From assembly GCA_021739695.1 (NCBI GenBank), contig JAIPBM010000017.1, forward strand, positions 4,354 through 68,353: a DNA stretch of 64,000 bases, given 5' to 3'. This DNA is from Flavobacteriales bacterium (GTDB lineage Bacteria > Bacteroidota > Bacteroidia > UBA10329). This document shows, in pieces, positions 55,609 through 64,000 of this stretch. The notes under the pieces are model-generated. The model searched no databases, had not been told where the DNA came from, and saw only the letters and a list, made by a program, of their open reading frames with translations. Within the stretch, counting starts at the first letter, position 1. Each line of letters starts with the position of its first letter. A program made the position numbers and the translations under genes.

Positions 55609-58125
55609 TTGACCTCTAAGACCTCCATAAAGACTACTCCGCATGTGCTAAGATTCGCGTTTTTCATTTTCTCATTTTTCCTTTTCTCGCTCCAAGCATC
55701 AGCTCAGCGAACCCGCATTTTCGGTTCGGTGACTGATGCCAAGACAGAACTTCCACTCCCTTTTGTGAACGTTTTCTTTCAGAAAAGTACGATTGGAACG
55801 GTCAGTGATTCGCTTGGGAATTTTGTGCTTGAAACCAATCGGAATTTCGATTCTCTGACCGTTTCATTGATCGGCTATCGAAGCCAAACCTTGGCCGTCA
55901 ATCGAGGTGTGACGGAGGAAATTGAAGTTCAACTTTCACCATCTTCCTTCGAACTCGGAATGGTTGACGTGCGACCAGGCGAAAATCCTGCATTCAAAAT
56001 CCTTCGGAAGGTGATTGCCAATAAACCGATCAACACGCCTGAACGATTGGAATCCTACGAATATGAGGTTTATCACCGTGTGCAGTTCGACTTGAACAAC
56101 TTCACAGAGAAGATCAAGAAAAACCTCTTCTTGCGTCCGTTCGATTACATGTGGGAGAACACGGATACCACCGAAGATGGTGTGAATTACCTACCGATGC
56201 TTCTTACCGAAAGCAGCGAAGAGCATTTCTATCGCAAGAAACCTTATTCCAAAAAGAAGGTCATCAATGGACAGCGCACCTTCAAATTCTTTCAGGCACC
56301 AAAGATCATGGAGTTTGTGCAGGATATGTACATCGACCCGAACATCTACGACAATTACGTGATCATCCTCGACCGTAGTTTCCCGAGTCCGATCAACGAT
56401 TTCTACAAGCGGAATTACAATTTCGTGTTGGATTCGGGCATTCACAACATCAACGGGTTTCCGAGCCACCACATCTTTTTCAAACCAAAAGGCAAAAGCG
56501 ATGTGGCCTTTACGGGCGATATGTACATCGATACTGTGAGCTATGCCGTGGTGCAGGTTGACCTGGAATTCAGTGTAGAGGCTAACATCAATTTTGTGCG
56601 GAACTATTGGATTCAGCAGAACTATTCGTTCGTAGATGACAAGCAATGGTTCCTTACCAAAAGCCGCGTGATCGGTGATTTCACGGTGATTGAGAACGAC
56701 AAGGATATGACCGGTTTTTTCGGAAAGAAGACAACCGAATTGCGCAACATCAAGATCAACGAGCCTCGAAATGCAGGCTTCTACTCTACCATCGACCCAG
56801 TAATTGTGGCCGACAGTGCCAATATCCGCGATGAAGCTTTTTGGAACGAGGTCAGACGAGACACTTTTAGCACAGAGCAGCAGAATCTGGTCTCGATGAT
56901 CGATCGTATGAACCACGACAAGAAGTGGAAATTGCTTATTGGCGGACTGAAACTCTTGGCCGAAGGTTGGATTCCGTTCAGACAGATCGATATTGGAAAC
57001 GTATTCACTTTCTACAGTTGGAATCAATACGAACAGTCGCGCGTGAAACTTGGTTTTAGAACCAACGACTTTTTCAGTGATCAGGTGAAACTGAGTGGCT
57101 ACCTCGCTTACGGCATTGGCGACCAACGTTTCAAAGGTGGTGGCGAAGCGGCTTTCATCTTTCCCGGAAAGCTAAGTAAGCGTTGGATTTTCGGTGGCAA
57201 ATACCGCAACGATCTTTTCCAGCAAGGGCGAAGTCAGAACATGCTGCCCTTGGATCAAGTGTTGACCTCTTTCGTACGCATCAGCGGATCCGAAAAACGA
57301 AGTATGCTAGAGAGTTACAGCGTCTATCTTGAACGCCAATGGTTCACTGGTCTTTCTTCACGCTTGTCAGTTTTCAGAGACAATTACAGTCCATTGGGCA
57401 ATCCATTCCGAATGAGATCTGCAGGCGACACGCTGAACTTGGAAGGATATTCAACAGCTGGATTCAAGTTCAATCTTCGCTTTGCTTGGGGCGAGGATAA
57501 GCTGCCTGCAACTTTCGATCAAGTTGATGGGCCATTCTTCTTCCGCAAGTACCCGATGGTTTCGTTGGAAGCGGCTGTTGGCATCAAGGATTTTCTCGGT
57601 TCGCAGTTCAATTATCAGCAATACAAACTAAAACTAGAATACCAACTGCGCGCCAACAAGGCCGGTTACCTCAATATTTTGGCCGAAGGTGGTCTCATCA
57701 ACGGTTATCTTCCATATCAACTCCTGCACGTTCCCGATGGCAATCCGTTGGTGTTCAACGATGATCACGGTTTTAACCTGATGAACTACATGGAATTCGT
57801 TAGCGACAAGTATGTTTCATTACAGTTGGAACATCATTTCAACGGCTTGCTGTTCAACCTTATTCCCGGTGTTCGAAAACTCAAACTGCGGTCCTTACTG
57901 ATCGGAAAACTCTACTACGGAGGACTCACAACTGACAATCTGAACGGCAAATACATTTTGGCCGATGGAATGACCAACACACGGATTCCTTATGTAGAAG
58001 TTGGTTTCGGTATTGAGAACATCCTCAAAATATCGCGTATTGATTTCACTTGGCGGGTTACGCAACTTGGCAATTCAAATACCCTGGGTTTTATCGTAAA
58101 GCCGAGTTTTTACTTTCGCTTCTGA
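55609..58125 (+). CDS. CarboxypepD_reg-like plus DUF5686 outer-membrane protein
   Basis: Signal peptide, an N-terminal carboxypeptidase-regulatory-like domain (RIFGSVTDAKTELPLPFVNVFF...SDSLGNF), a long beta-rich C-terminal region, and a terminal aromatic residue (FYFRF). The start could be TTG 55609 or GTG 55645. Confidence 0.7.
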   Translation: MTSKTSIKTTPHVLRFAFFIFSFFLFSLQASAQRTRIFGSVTDAKTELPLPFVNVFFQKSTIGTVSDSLGNFVLETNRNFDSLTVSLIGYRSQTLAVNRGVTEEIEVQLSPSSFELGMVDVRPGENPAFKILRKVIANKPINTPERLESYEYEVYHRVQFDLNNFTEKIKKNLFLRPFDYMWENTDTTEDGVNYLPMLLTESSEEHFYRKKPYSKKKVINGQRTFKFFQAPKIMEFVQDMYIDPNIYDNYVIILDRSFPSPINDFYKRNYNFVLDSGIHNINGFPSHHIFFKPKGKSDVAFTGDMYIDTVSYAVVQVDLEFSVEANINFVRNYWIQQNYSFVDDKQWFLTKSRVIGDFTVIENDKDMTGFFGKKTTELRNIKINEPRNAGFYSTIDPVIVADSANIRDEAFWNEVRRDTFSTEQQNLVSMIDRMNHDKKWKLLIGGLKLLAEGWIPFRQIDIGNVFTFYSWNQYEQSRVKLGFRTNDFFSDQVKLSGYLAYGIGDQRFKGGGEAAFIFPGKLSKRWIFGGKYRNDLFQQGRSQNMLPLDQVLTSFVRISGSEKRSMLESYSVYLERQWFTGLSSRLSVFRDNYSPLGNPFRMRSAGDTLNLEGYSTAGFKFNLRFAWGEDKLPATFDQVDGPFFFRKYPMVSLEAAVGIKDFLGSQFNYQQYKLKLEYQLRANKAGYLNILAEGGLINGYLPYQLLHVPDGNPLVFNDDHGFNLMNYMEFVSDKYVSLQLEHHFNGLLFNLIPGVRKLKLRSLLIGKLYYGGLTTDNLNGKYILADGMTNTRIPYVEVGFGIENILKISRIDFTWRVTQLGNSNTLGFIVKPSFYFRF

Positions 58126-58520
58126 TGATTGGATTATTTAAACCTGTAGTCTACTATATTCAATTTCGTTTCAATGAAATTGAAATCAAAAATCTGGAAA
58201 GTGGTAGAAGTCTTAAACGAACCGCCTCTGTGCCATTCTCAAATCAACGGATGATTCTTGCAGAATTTGAAATCGCTCGTGAATTATTAAACTCAATGAT
58301 TGTAGAAGTTAAGAGCCATTTGAACCCATTGAGAGAAGTGACAATGGTTATGCATGTGGTTGATGAAATTCCTGATGGTTGGGCTGATGTTGAAAAGCGT
58401 GCGTATCGAGATCTTGCTGAACAAACAGGAGCAAGAACAGTGCTGTTGTCCGAGTACAAAGGATCTTTGAGTGATAGCATCATTATGGAAGGAATCAAGA
58501 AATCCAATTGGAAGTTTTAG
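58125..58520 (+). CDS. Hypothetical 131-aa protein resembling the N-terminal half of MreB/actin-like proteins, without the phosphate-binding motif
   Basis: ATG overlaps the DUF5686 stop (TGATG). By-eye alignment to MreB: MIGLF versus MFGLF; ILAEFEIARELLNSMIVEV versus VIADFFVTEKMLQHFIKQV; VEKRAYRDLAEQTGARTVLLSE versus [23 protein letters not shown]. There is no DLGTANT-like motif. Confidence 0.45.
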   Translation: MIGLFKPVVYYIQFRFNEIEIKNLESGRSLKRTASVPFSNQRMILAEFEIARELLNSMIVEVKSHLNPLREVTMVMHVVDEIPDGWADVEKRAYRDLAEQTGARTVLLSEYKGSLSDSIIMEGIKKSNWKF

Positions 58521-58632
58521 AATTAGCAATGGAGCTTCTACCCATCCAACGTCAAAGCAAACAAAGCCTTTTTCGGCAATCCGAATGTGAAAGAAAATCA
58601 ACAGCTTTCGGTCGGGTATTCTCAGGTCATAA

Positions 58633-58686
58633 GATTCAAACATCCTTGGCTTTATCGTGAAGCCGAGTTTTTATTTCAGGTTTTAG
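58633..58686 (+). pseudogene. Orphan duplicate of the last 17 codons of the DUF5686 gene
   Basis: Reads DSNILGFIVKPSFYFRF-stop, preceded by an in-frame TAA. The intact gene ends NSNTLGFIVKPSFYFRF-stop at 58073-58125. The last 13 aa are identical, with several synonymous nucleotide differences. Confidence 0.8.
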
Positions 58687-58758
58687 ATGTGAGTGTCGCT
58701 TGGCCAACACCACCGTAGATTGAGTCACAATTAGCTTTGGAGTTCAGAACCAAACGAC

Positions 58759-59145
58759 ATGATCAAATACTTCTTACTGGCCTTACGCATTGCGGTCGCA
58801 GTCATTCTCGTACAGACTCTTCGTTTCAAATTCACCGCACATCCTGATAGTGTCTACATATTCACGCAGGTCGGTCTTGAGCCTTACGGCAGAGTTGGCA
58901 TTGGCGTGCTGGAACTCATTTCAGCCATTCTCATCTTGATTCCAAAAACGGTTTGGGCTGGCGCTGGACTCACAGTTGGCATCATTGGTGGAGCCATCAT
59001 GATGCATCTCACCCAATTGGGAATCGACATCAATGGAGATGGTGGCTCGCTTTTCTATTTGGCACTTATTACCGAAATCCTTTCGATTACCGTTTTGTTC
59101 TTTTATCGAAAGGACATTCCGAACATTGGCAGCAAACTCCCATGA
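58759..59145 (+). CDS. DoxX-family membrane protein
   Basis: 128 aa with 4 TM helices and typical DoxX-like composition. Confidence 0.65.
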   Translation: MIKYFLLALRIAVAVILVQTLRFKFTAHPDSVYIFTQVGLEPYGRVGIGVLELISAILILIPKTVWAGAGLTVGIIGGAIMMHLTQLGIDINGDGGSLFYLALITEILSITVLFFYRKDIPNIGSKLP

Positions 59146-59594
59146 GACCAATCCTGTTCATCCTCGCATTCATCTCGCTCGGTATGCTCGAAACCTATGC
59201 GCAGAAACCGTTTTACAATACCGAAGATGGCTTGATAGCCCAAGGCTATGATGTGGTGGAATACTTCAAGGGAAAAGCCATGGAAGGTTCCAATAAGTTC
59301 AGTGTAAAACATGATGGCGTGACATTTCAATTCTCCTCTGATGAAAACACGAAGAAGTTCGTTTCGTCACCCGAAAAGTACATTCCACAATATGGTGGCT
59401 GGTGTGCTTACGCGATGGGCGCCAAGGGCGAAAAAGTGACCATCAACCCTAAAACCTTTGAGATTCGCGATGGGAAGTTGTACCTGTTTTACAATGCTTT
59501 TTTCAACAATACCTTCGAGAGTTGGAAGAAAGAAGGCCCAGATAAGCTTCGAAAGCAGGCTGATGAGAATTGGAAAGCAACCAAACACCAATAG
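59142..59594 (+). CDS. YHS-domain secreted protein
   Basis: Signal peptide (MRPILFILAFISLGMLETYAQ); GYDVVEYF, then FQFSSDENTKKFVSSPEKYIPQYGGWCAYAMG. Its ATG overlaps the DoxX stop (ATGA). Confidence 0.7.
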   Translation: MRPILFILAFISLGMLETYAQKPFYNTEDGLIAQGYDVVEYFKGKAMEGSNKFSVKHDGVTFQFSSDENTKKFVSSPEKYIPQYGGWCAYAMGAKGEKVTINPKTFEIRDGKLYLFYNAFFNNTFESWKKEGPDKLRKQADENWKATKHQ

Positions 59595-59679
59595 CGCTTT
59601 TCTGGACAGTTATACATTCAACTGAGTTGAGTGTAACATTTTCCTAAGCAGATTTAATGGAGTGCTTAATTTTAATGGC

Positions 59680-60558
59680 ATGAAAAAACTCCTAATCCTT
59701 TCCGTATCTGTCTTGTTATTCGTAAGTCTTCATGCTCAGGTTCCTTTCCCAACGGATGGCGCCATTTGGGTGAACACGGAATACACTTATTCGTTCAATC
59801 CACCCAATCCTATTCCAGATTCGTACTTGAATGATGTGGACAATTACTGTGTGAACGGTCAGGACACGACCATTCAAGGTAATGATTACACACAGGTTTT
59901 CTTCTGTGATGATGCATATAAAGGCGCGCTACGCGAGGTGAACAGCGCTGTTTATTTCGTTCCTGCTGATTCAACTGATGAATACTTACTGTATGATTTT
60001 GCCGCACAAGTGTCGCAAGTGCTGGAGAACGTATACGTAGGAAACCATAATGATGAATCCTTTATGCTTCAGGATTTCACTGTGCAGCAAATAGGCACGG
60101 AAATCATTGGTGGAGTGACCAGACGCGTGGTTTGGGCCGATAACTTTCGCTGGATTGAAGGAATCGGATGCGAAACAGGTCTTTTCATGGAACCATGGAC
60201 CAACGTATCGATGTATGCAAATTTCCTTGAATGCATGAGCGTGAATGGAACAACACTGTTTCCAGTTGAAGGAAATGGAGCCTGTCCGTTGACGGTTAGC
60301 GTAAAGGAAACTGCCAACTCTGAAATCTCGCTTCGTGTTTATCCAAATCCAACTGCTCAATCGGTGATGGTGGAATTCGGAGAAGCTCAGAATGATGCTA
60401 GCATTACCGTTTACAACGTGGCAGGACAGCAATTACAGGCAATTGATGTGGAAAATGTGGATAGGGCAACTATCAATTTGAAAGATCATGGAATGTACTT
60501 CCTCACCGTAAGCACATCCAACGGGTTACGAAAAACCTATCGTGTCGTCCGGAACTAG
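59680..60558 (+). CDS. Hypothetical secreted protein with a T9SS C-terminal domain
   Basis: Signal peptide and a CTD-like tail (LRVYPNPTAQSVMVEF...GMYFLTVSTSNGLRKTYRVVRN). Confidence 0.6.
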   Translation: MKKLLILSVSVLLFVSLHAQVPFPTDGAIWVNTEYTYSFNPPNPIPDSYLNDVDNYCVNGQDTTIQGNDYTQVFFCDDAYKGALREVNSAVYFVPADSTDEYLLYDFAAQVSQVLENVYVGNHNDESFMLQDFTVQQIGTEIIGGVTRRVVWADNFRWIEGIGCETGLFMEPWTNVSMYANFLECMSVNGTTLFPVEGNGACPLTVSVKETANSEISLRVYPNPTAQSVMVEFGEAQNDASITVYNVAGQQLQAIDVENVDRATINLKDHGMYFLTVSTSNGLRKTYRVVRN

Positions 60559-60582
60559 AATTCAGCGTGCGATTTCTTTATA

Positions 60583-61890
60583 TCAGAACTTGTCGAGTCC
60601 TGAACCTTTCTGCATCACCTTAACGAGTTTTCCGTTATCGTATTTAGCACGATAGGAAATGTTGCCGTCCATATCCCAATAGGTGTTGGTTCCGCTCAGT
60701 CTTCCTTCATGATAAGTGATGCTGAACCATTTTGCGCCATGCTCATACCACGCTTGAGAAAGACCTTCCAGCTTTCCGTCTAAGTAGGTCAGCTCCTGAA
60801 ATTTGAAACCGTTGGAATAGAAGAGCTTCCAAAGGCCATCCTTCTCCCCTTTCTTGTAATTCCCTTCAGCCCGTAATTCCCCTGTTTCGTGCCATTCGAT
60901 GCTGTGGCCGTCTTCCAAGTCATCCGTGTAAGCCTTATCGTATTGCTTGTTTCCGTTCGGATACCATAGCAAGGCTTTGCCATTTTTCTTTCCATTCTTG
61001 TAAACGACCTCAAACTTTGGTTCGCCACCTTCAAAAAAACCGACCCATTTTCCGTGCATTTCGCCTTCCACGAATTCTCCGGTTTCCTTCACTTGTCCGT
61101 TCTTGTACCACGATGTCCAAACACCAGTTTCCTTATCGTTCAGGAATGCTCCTTTGCTGTACACTTCTCCAGTTTCATAAAAACGGTCCCAGAAACCTGT
61201 CTTCAGACCATCTTCGAAATGCCCGTTCTTCCATTTCGTGCCTTCCAATTCGTAGTTATAAACCCACTCACCTTCCAATTTGTCGTTTTTGAAAAGGCCT
61301 TTGCTTCCCAACATTCCATTCTCGTAAAAAAACTGCCACTCACCATTTCGCTTGTCCGAGGTGAAAGGTCCTTCCATTTCAACCTTTCCGTTCTCATAAT
61401 ACCATGTGAATTTACCTTCCTTGTTGCCGTCAGCGAAATTGCCGGTCATGCTCAATTGACCGTTCAAATGCCATTGCTCTTCCTTGCCTTGTTGCTTTCC
61501 GAGCTTGAAATTCACCTTACGTTTTACCTGCCCCGTTTTGTAGAAATATTCCCACAATCCGTTCTTTTCGGTATCCTTTAGCGAACCTTGAAACTCCACT
61601 TTTCCATCAGGAAAATAGCTTACGTTTTTCCCGTTTTCAATTTCCTGATCGCTCATCAATTGACCATCTCGGTACCAACATTTCCAACGGCCGGTTTTCT
61701 TATCATCCTTGTATTTGCCTTCGCAGAAAGGCTTTCCATCATCATAAAAGCTCTTCCAAACGCCTTGCTTCAGGTTATCCACAAGTTTGCCTTCTTCCTT
61801 TACTGTGCCATTTGGCCACAATTCCCTGAAATCATCCTGTGCCATTGCCAACAGCGGCAACATGAACAATAGGGTCAAAAAGTTTCTCAT
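60583..61890 (-). CDS. MORN-variant repeat protein (YwqK family)
   Basis: Signal peptide and more than 12 repeats of the pattern G.W..FY.NG....G.F.....G.W.. Confidence 0.8.
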   Translation of the reverse strand: MRNFLTLLFMLPLLAMAQDDFRELWPNGTVKEEGKLVDNLKQGVWKSFYDDGKPFCEGKYKDDKKTGRWKCWYRDGQLMSDQEIENGKNVSYFPDGKVEFQGSLKDTEKNGLWEYFYKTGQVKRKVNFKLGKQQGKEEQWHLNGQLSMTGNFADGNKEGKFTWYYENGKVEMEGPFTSDKRNGEWQFFYENGMLGSKGLFKNDKLEGEWVYNYELEGTKWKNGHFEDGLKTGFWDRFYETGEVYSKGAFLNDKETGVWTSWYKNGQVKETGEFVEGEMHGKWVGFFEGGEPKFEVVYKNGKKNGKALLWYPNGNKQYDKAYTDDLEDGHSIEWHETGELRAEGNYKKGEKDGLWKLFYSNGFKFQELTYLDGKLEGLSQAWYEHGAKWFSITYHEGRLSGTNTYWDMDGNISYRAKYDNGKLVKVMQKGSGLDKF

Positions 61891-61891
61891 A

Positions 61892-62188
61892 TCACTTCAT
61901 TATAATTTCCAGAACCAGCTCTTCGCCAAGTTCCTTGTTCATATTCTGTATGATGCTTGCTTTTGCAAACGACAATTCATTTCTGAGTACCGAGCTATCC
62001 AATTTCACTTGCAATATCCCATTTCGGAAATAAAGGCTGGTAGTTCTGTTCTTGACAGAAGGGCCCAAAAGGGCGCCCCAAAGATGCGCTACACGCGTTT
62101 CCTTGGCCTTGTCGGCCGCAGGATGTTTGGCCAACCAATCATCGATGACTTCCTTTAAGGGTTGCTGATTGGAGAGTCGCTTCCTCAT
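61892..62188 (-). CDS. DUF721 (DciA-like) protein
   Basis: 98 aa. The W..L.G......T....F.NG.L.V...SS....EL pattern is typical of DUF721. Confidence 0.65.
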   Translation of the reverse strand: MRKRLSNQQPLKEVIDDWLAKHPAADKAKETRVAHLWGALLGPSVKNRTTSLYFRNGILQVKLDSSVLRNELSFAKASIIQNMNKELGEELVLEIIMK

Positions 62189-63156
62189 CCTTTAAATCCG
62201 TTTAAGAATGATTTCACGTTCTGCTCGATGCGATCTGTAATGCTTTCTGAAACGATCGGCTCAAATTTTTGTCCAACGATCATTTCGTACAATTCGATGT
62301 AACGCGAAGAAACCGTCTGAACGAATTCATCTGGCATAAAAGGCATTTGTTGGCCTTCCAAACCTTGGAATCCATTTTCCATCAACCATTCGCGCACAAA
62401 CTCCTTTGAAAGCTGTTTTTGAACTTCGCCTTTTGCCTGTCGTTCCGCGTAGCCATCCGCATAGAAATAGCGCGAACTATCAGGTGTATGAATCTCATCT
62501 ATTAGGATTATTTCGCCATTTCTATTCCCGAACTCATACTTTGTATCAACCAGTATAAGTCCTTGTGCAGCAGCCATTTCTGTTCCTCGCTGAAATAGTT
62601 TTCTGGTGTAGTTTTCCATCACTTCATATTCCGCTTGCGGGATGATGTTCTTGGCGATAATGTCTTCTCTCGATATATCTTCATCATGACCTTCTTCCGC
62701 CTTGGTTGCAGGCGTGATGATCGGTTCTGGAAAGCGGTCGTTCTCCTTCATTCCATCAGGCATTTGAACACCACAAAGGATGCGTTTCCCCGATTTGTAT
62801 TCGCGCCATGCATGCCCTGCCAAATAACCACGGATAACCATTTCTACCCGATATGGTTGGCACTTGAAACCAGCCGAAACCACTGGATCGGGCGTGGCGG
62901 CCAACCAGTTTGGAACGATGTCTTTTGTTGCATTCAGAAAAGTGGCGGCAATCTGCGTCAGCACTTGTCCTTTAAAAGGGATTCCCTTCGGGAGAATGTG
63001 ATCAAATGCAGAGATGCGATCGCTGGCCACCATCACCAATAGATCTTCGCCTATTGAATACACATCACGCACTTTTCCCTTATAGACATGGGTTTGTCCA
63101 GGGAATTCAAAATCTGTTTTTGTTAAGGTTTCTGGAAGTTTCAAAGCTTCATTCAT
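62185..63156 (-). CDS. purC: Phosphoribosylaminoimidazole-succinocarboxamide synthase (long form)
   Basis: 323 aa with [18 protein letters not shown] and [11 protein letters not shown] motifs. Confidence 0.9.
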   Translation of the reverse strand: MNEALKLPETLTKTDFEFPGQTHVYKGKVRDVYSIGEDLLVMVASDRISAFDHILPKGIPFKGQVLTQIAATFLNATKDIVPNWLAATPDPVVSAGFKCQPYRVEMVIRGYLAGHAWREYKSGKRILCGVQMPDGMKENDRFPEPIITPATKAEEGHDEDISREDIIAKNIIPQAEYEVMENYTRKLFQRGTEMAAAQGLILVDTKYEFGNRNGEIILIDEIHTPDSSRYFYADGYAERQAKGEVQKQLSKEFVREWLMENGFQGLEGQQMPFMPDEFVQTVSSRYIELYEMIVGQKFEPIVSESITDRIEQNVKSFLNGFKG

Positions 63157-64000
63157 TTTTCGTCCGACTTAGCGTAAATGTCCACAATTCTTTTAACCAA
63201 CGGATGGCGCACAATGTCCGATCCGCCCAATTCTATGAAGGAAATTCCTTTTACTCCGCTCAACATATTCCATGCATTTCGAAGTCCACTCTGTACCTTT
63301 TTTGGAAGGTCGATCTGGGTCACATCGCCTGTAATAATGAACTTGGCCGAGTTTCCCATTCGTGTCAGGAACATGCGTGTTTGTGCATCGGTAGCATTCT
63401 GTGCTTCATCCAAAATAACAAACGCATGATCGAGTGTTCTTCCGCGCATAAAACCAAGAGGTGCGATCTGAATCACGCCAGTTTCGAGGTATTGGGCCAA
63501 CTTTACCGGAGGCAACATGTCCATCAACGCATCATAAAGCGGTTGCAGATATGGATCCAATTTCTCTTTCATATCGCCTGGCAAAAAACCAATGCTCTCT
63601 CCTGCTTCCACCGCTGGTCTGGTAAGAATGATCCGTTTCACCTCTTTCCGCTTGAGGGAACGGACAGCCAATGCAACAGCCGTGTAGGTTTTTCCTGATC
63701 CGGCAGGGCCGATAATGAAGATCATATCGTCCTTATCTACTGCACTTACAATCTTCTTCTGATTGGGCGTTCGCGCTTTTATCAGGTTTCCCGCAGGACC
63801 GTAAACCAGAACAGAATCGTCCAATTTCTCTCCTTCGTGATGTGCTTCGCTTAACAACAAGCGTTCGATTTCGAGAATTGGAAGTGTTCCGAATTTCTTG
63901 AAATGACCTTGAAACTGCTTGAAACGCTGTTCAAATTCCTCTACCGAATCTTCATCTCCTATCAGTTTAAGTTCCTGACCGCGCGCAATCAGTTTCAGCT
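63153..64000 (-). CDS. phoH: PhoH-family ATPase (5' end lies outside the window)
   Basis: Walker [10 protein letters not shown], then ILDEAQN and [13 protein letters not shown]. The reading frame stays open past the listed Met at 63860 to the window edge (...[23 protein letters not shown]...). Confidence 0.85.
   Translation of the reverse strand, partial: LKLIARGQELKLIGDEDSVEEFEQRFKQFQGHFKKFGTLPILEIERLLLSEAHHEGEKLDDSVLVYGPAGNLIKARTPNQKKIVSAVDKDDMIFIIGPAGSGKTYTAVALAVRSLKRKEVKRIILTRPAVEAGESIGFLPGDMKEKLDPYLQPLYDALMDMLPPVKLAQYLETGVIQIAPLGFMRGRTLDHAFVILDEAQNATDAQTRMFLTRMGNSAKFIITGDVTQIDLPKKVQSGLRNAWNMLSGVKGISFIELGGSDIVRHPLVKRIVDIYAKSDEK

Noticed and set aside
58953-59141. N-terminal 63-aa extension of the YHS-domain ORF (His/Trp-rich) overlapping the DoxX gene.
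   Set aside because: It lies out of frame inside the DoxX coding region. A Met at 59142 gives a canonical signal peptide and an ATGA overlap with the DoxX stop.

Overview
This is a chromosomal window from a Bacteroidota, probably Flavobacteriia-like, genome. Supporting signs are four proteins with T9SS C-terminal sorting domains, TTG-N19-TAnnTTTG promoters, no Shine-Dalgarno dependence, and MORN/YwqK, DUF5686 and PSCyt/YceI/DUF5777 genes. All calls come from reading the translations and DNA by eye; no searches were run.

Gene content, left to right:
- 1-5.0 kb: a composite arsenic/organoarsenical resistance island with two ArsR units.
- 5.1-13.0 kb: a 7.8-kb four-gene block (Crp-family regulator, TPR class III cyclase, FAD monooxygenase, 1128-aa repeat protein).
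- 13-19 kb: pfkA, a DUF1987 protein, and an Opp/Dpp-like SBP plus two permeases with no ATPase gene.
- 19.3-19.7 kb: a tRNA-Ser/Pro/Arg cluster, followed by an orphan SBP paralog.
- 22-24 kb: CorA and MscS.
- 24-34 kb: secreted lipolytic and phosphodiesterase-type enzymes.
- 35-38 kb: a PSCyt-like/YceI/beta-barrel cluster, then two tandem paralogous secreted proteins.
- 40-45 kb: a U32 peptidase-ferredoxin pair, lipid-remodelling candidates, ppa and TerC.
- 45-48 kb: a patch of small accessory ORFs.
- 48-55.6 kb: a cation antiporter and a CrtI-family oxidase, then a flavin halogenase-ACP-condensation-like operon convergent with a sulfotransferase.
- 55.6-64 kb: DUF5686, DoxX/YHS, a MORN protein, DUF721, purC and phoH.

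The most interesting observations:
1. Two independent cases where the last 17-23 codons of a conserved gene are duplicated as a diverged orphan copy on the far side of inserted cargo. The genes are pfkA (7.8-kb cargo) and DUF5686 (561-bp unit carrying an MreB-N-terminal-like ORF). No recombinase is visible in either.
2. An exact 15-nt FNR-geometry box (TTAAC-N4-GTTAA) occurs twice inside the pfkA-bracketed block, suggesting a self-contained cNMP circuit driving the giant repeat protein.
3. A loader-less halogenase/ACP/HHxxxD acyltransferase/sulfotransferase cluster may make a halogenated and/or sulfated lipid.
4. A MORN-repeat gene is interrupted by a frameshift.

I recognised no CRISPR array, rRNA, integrase or transposase.
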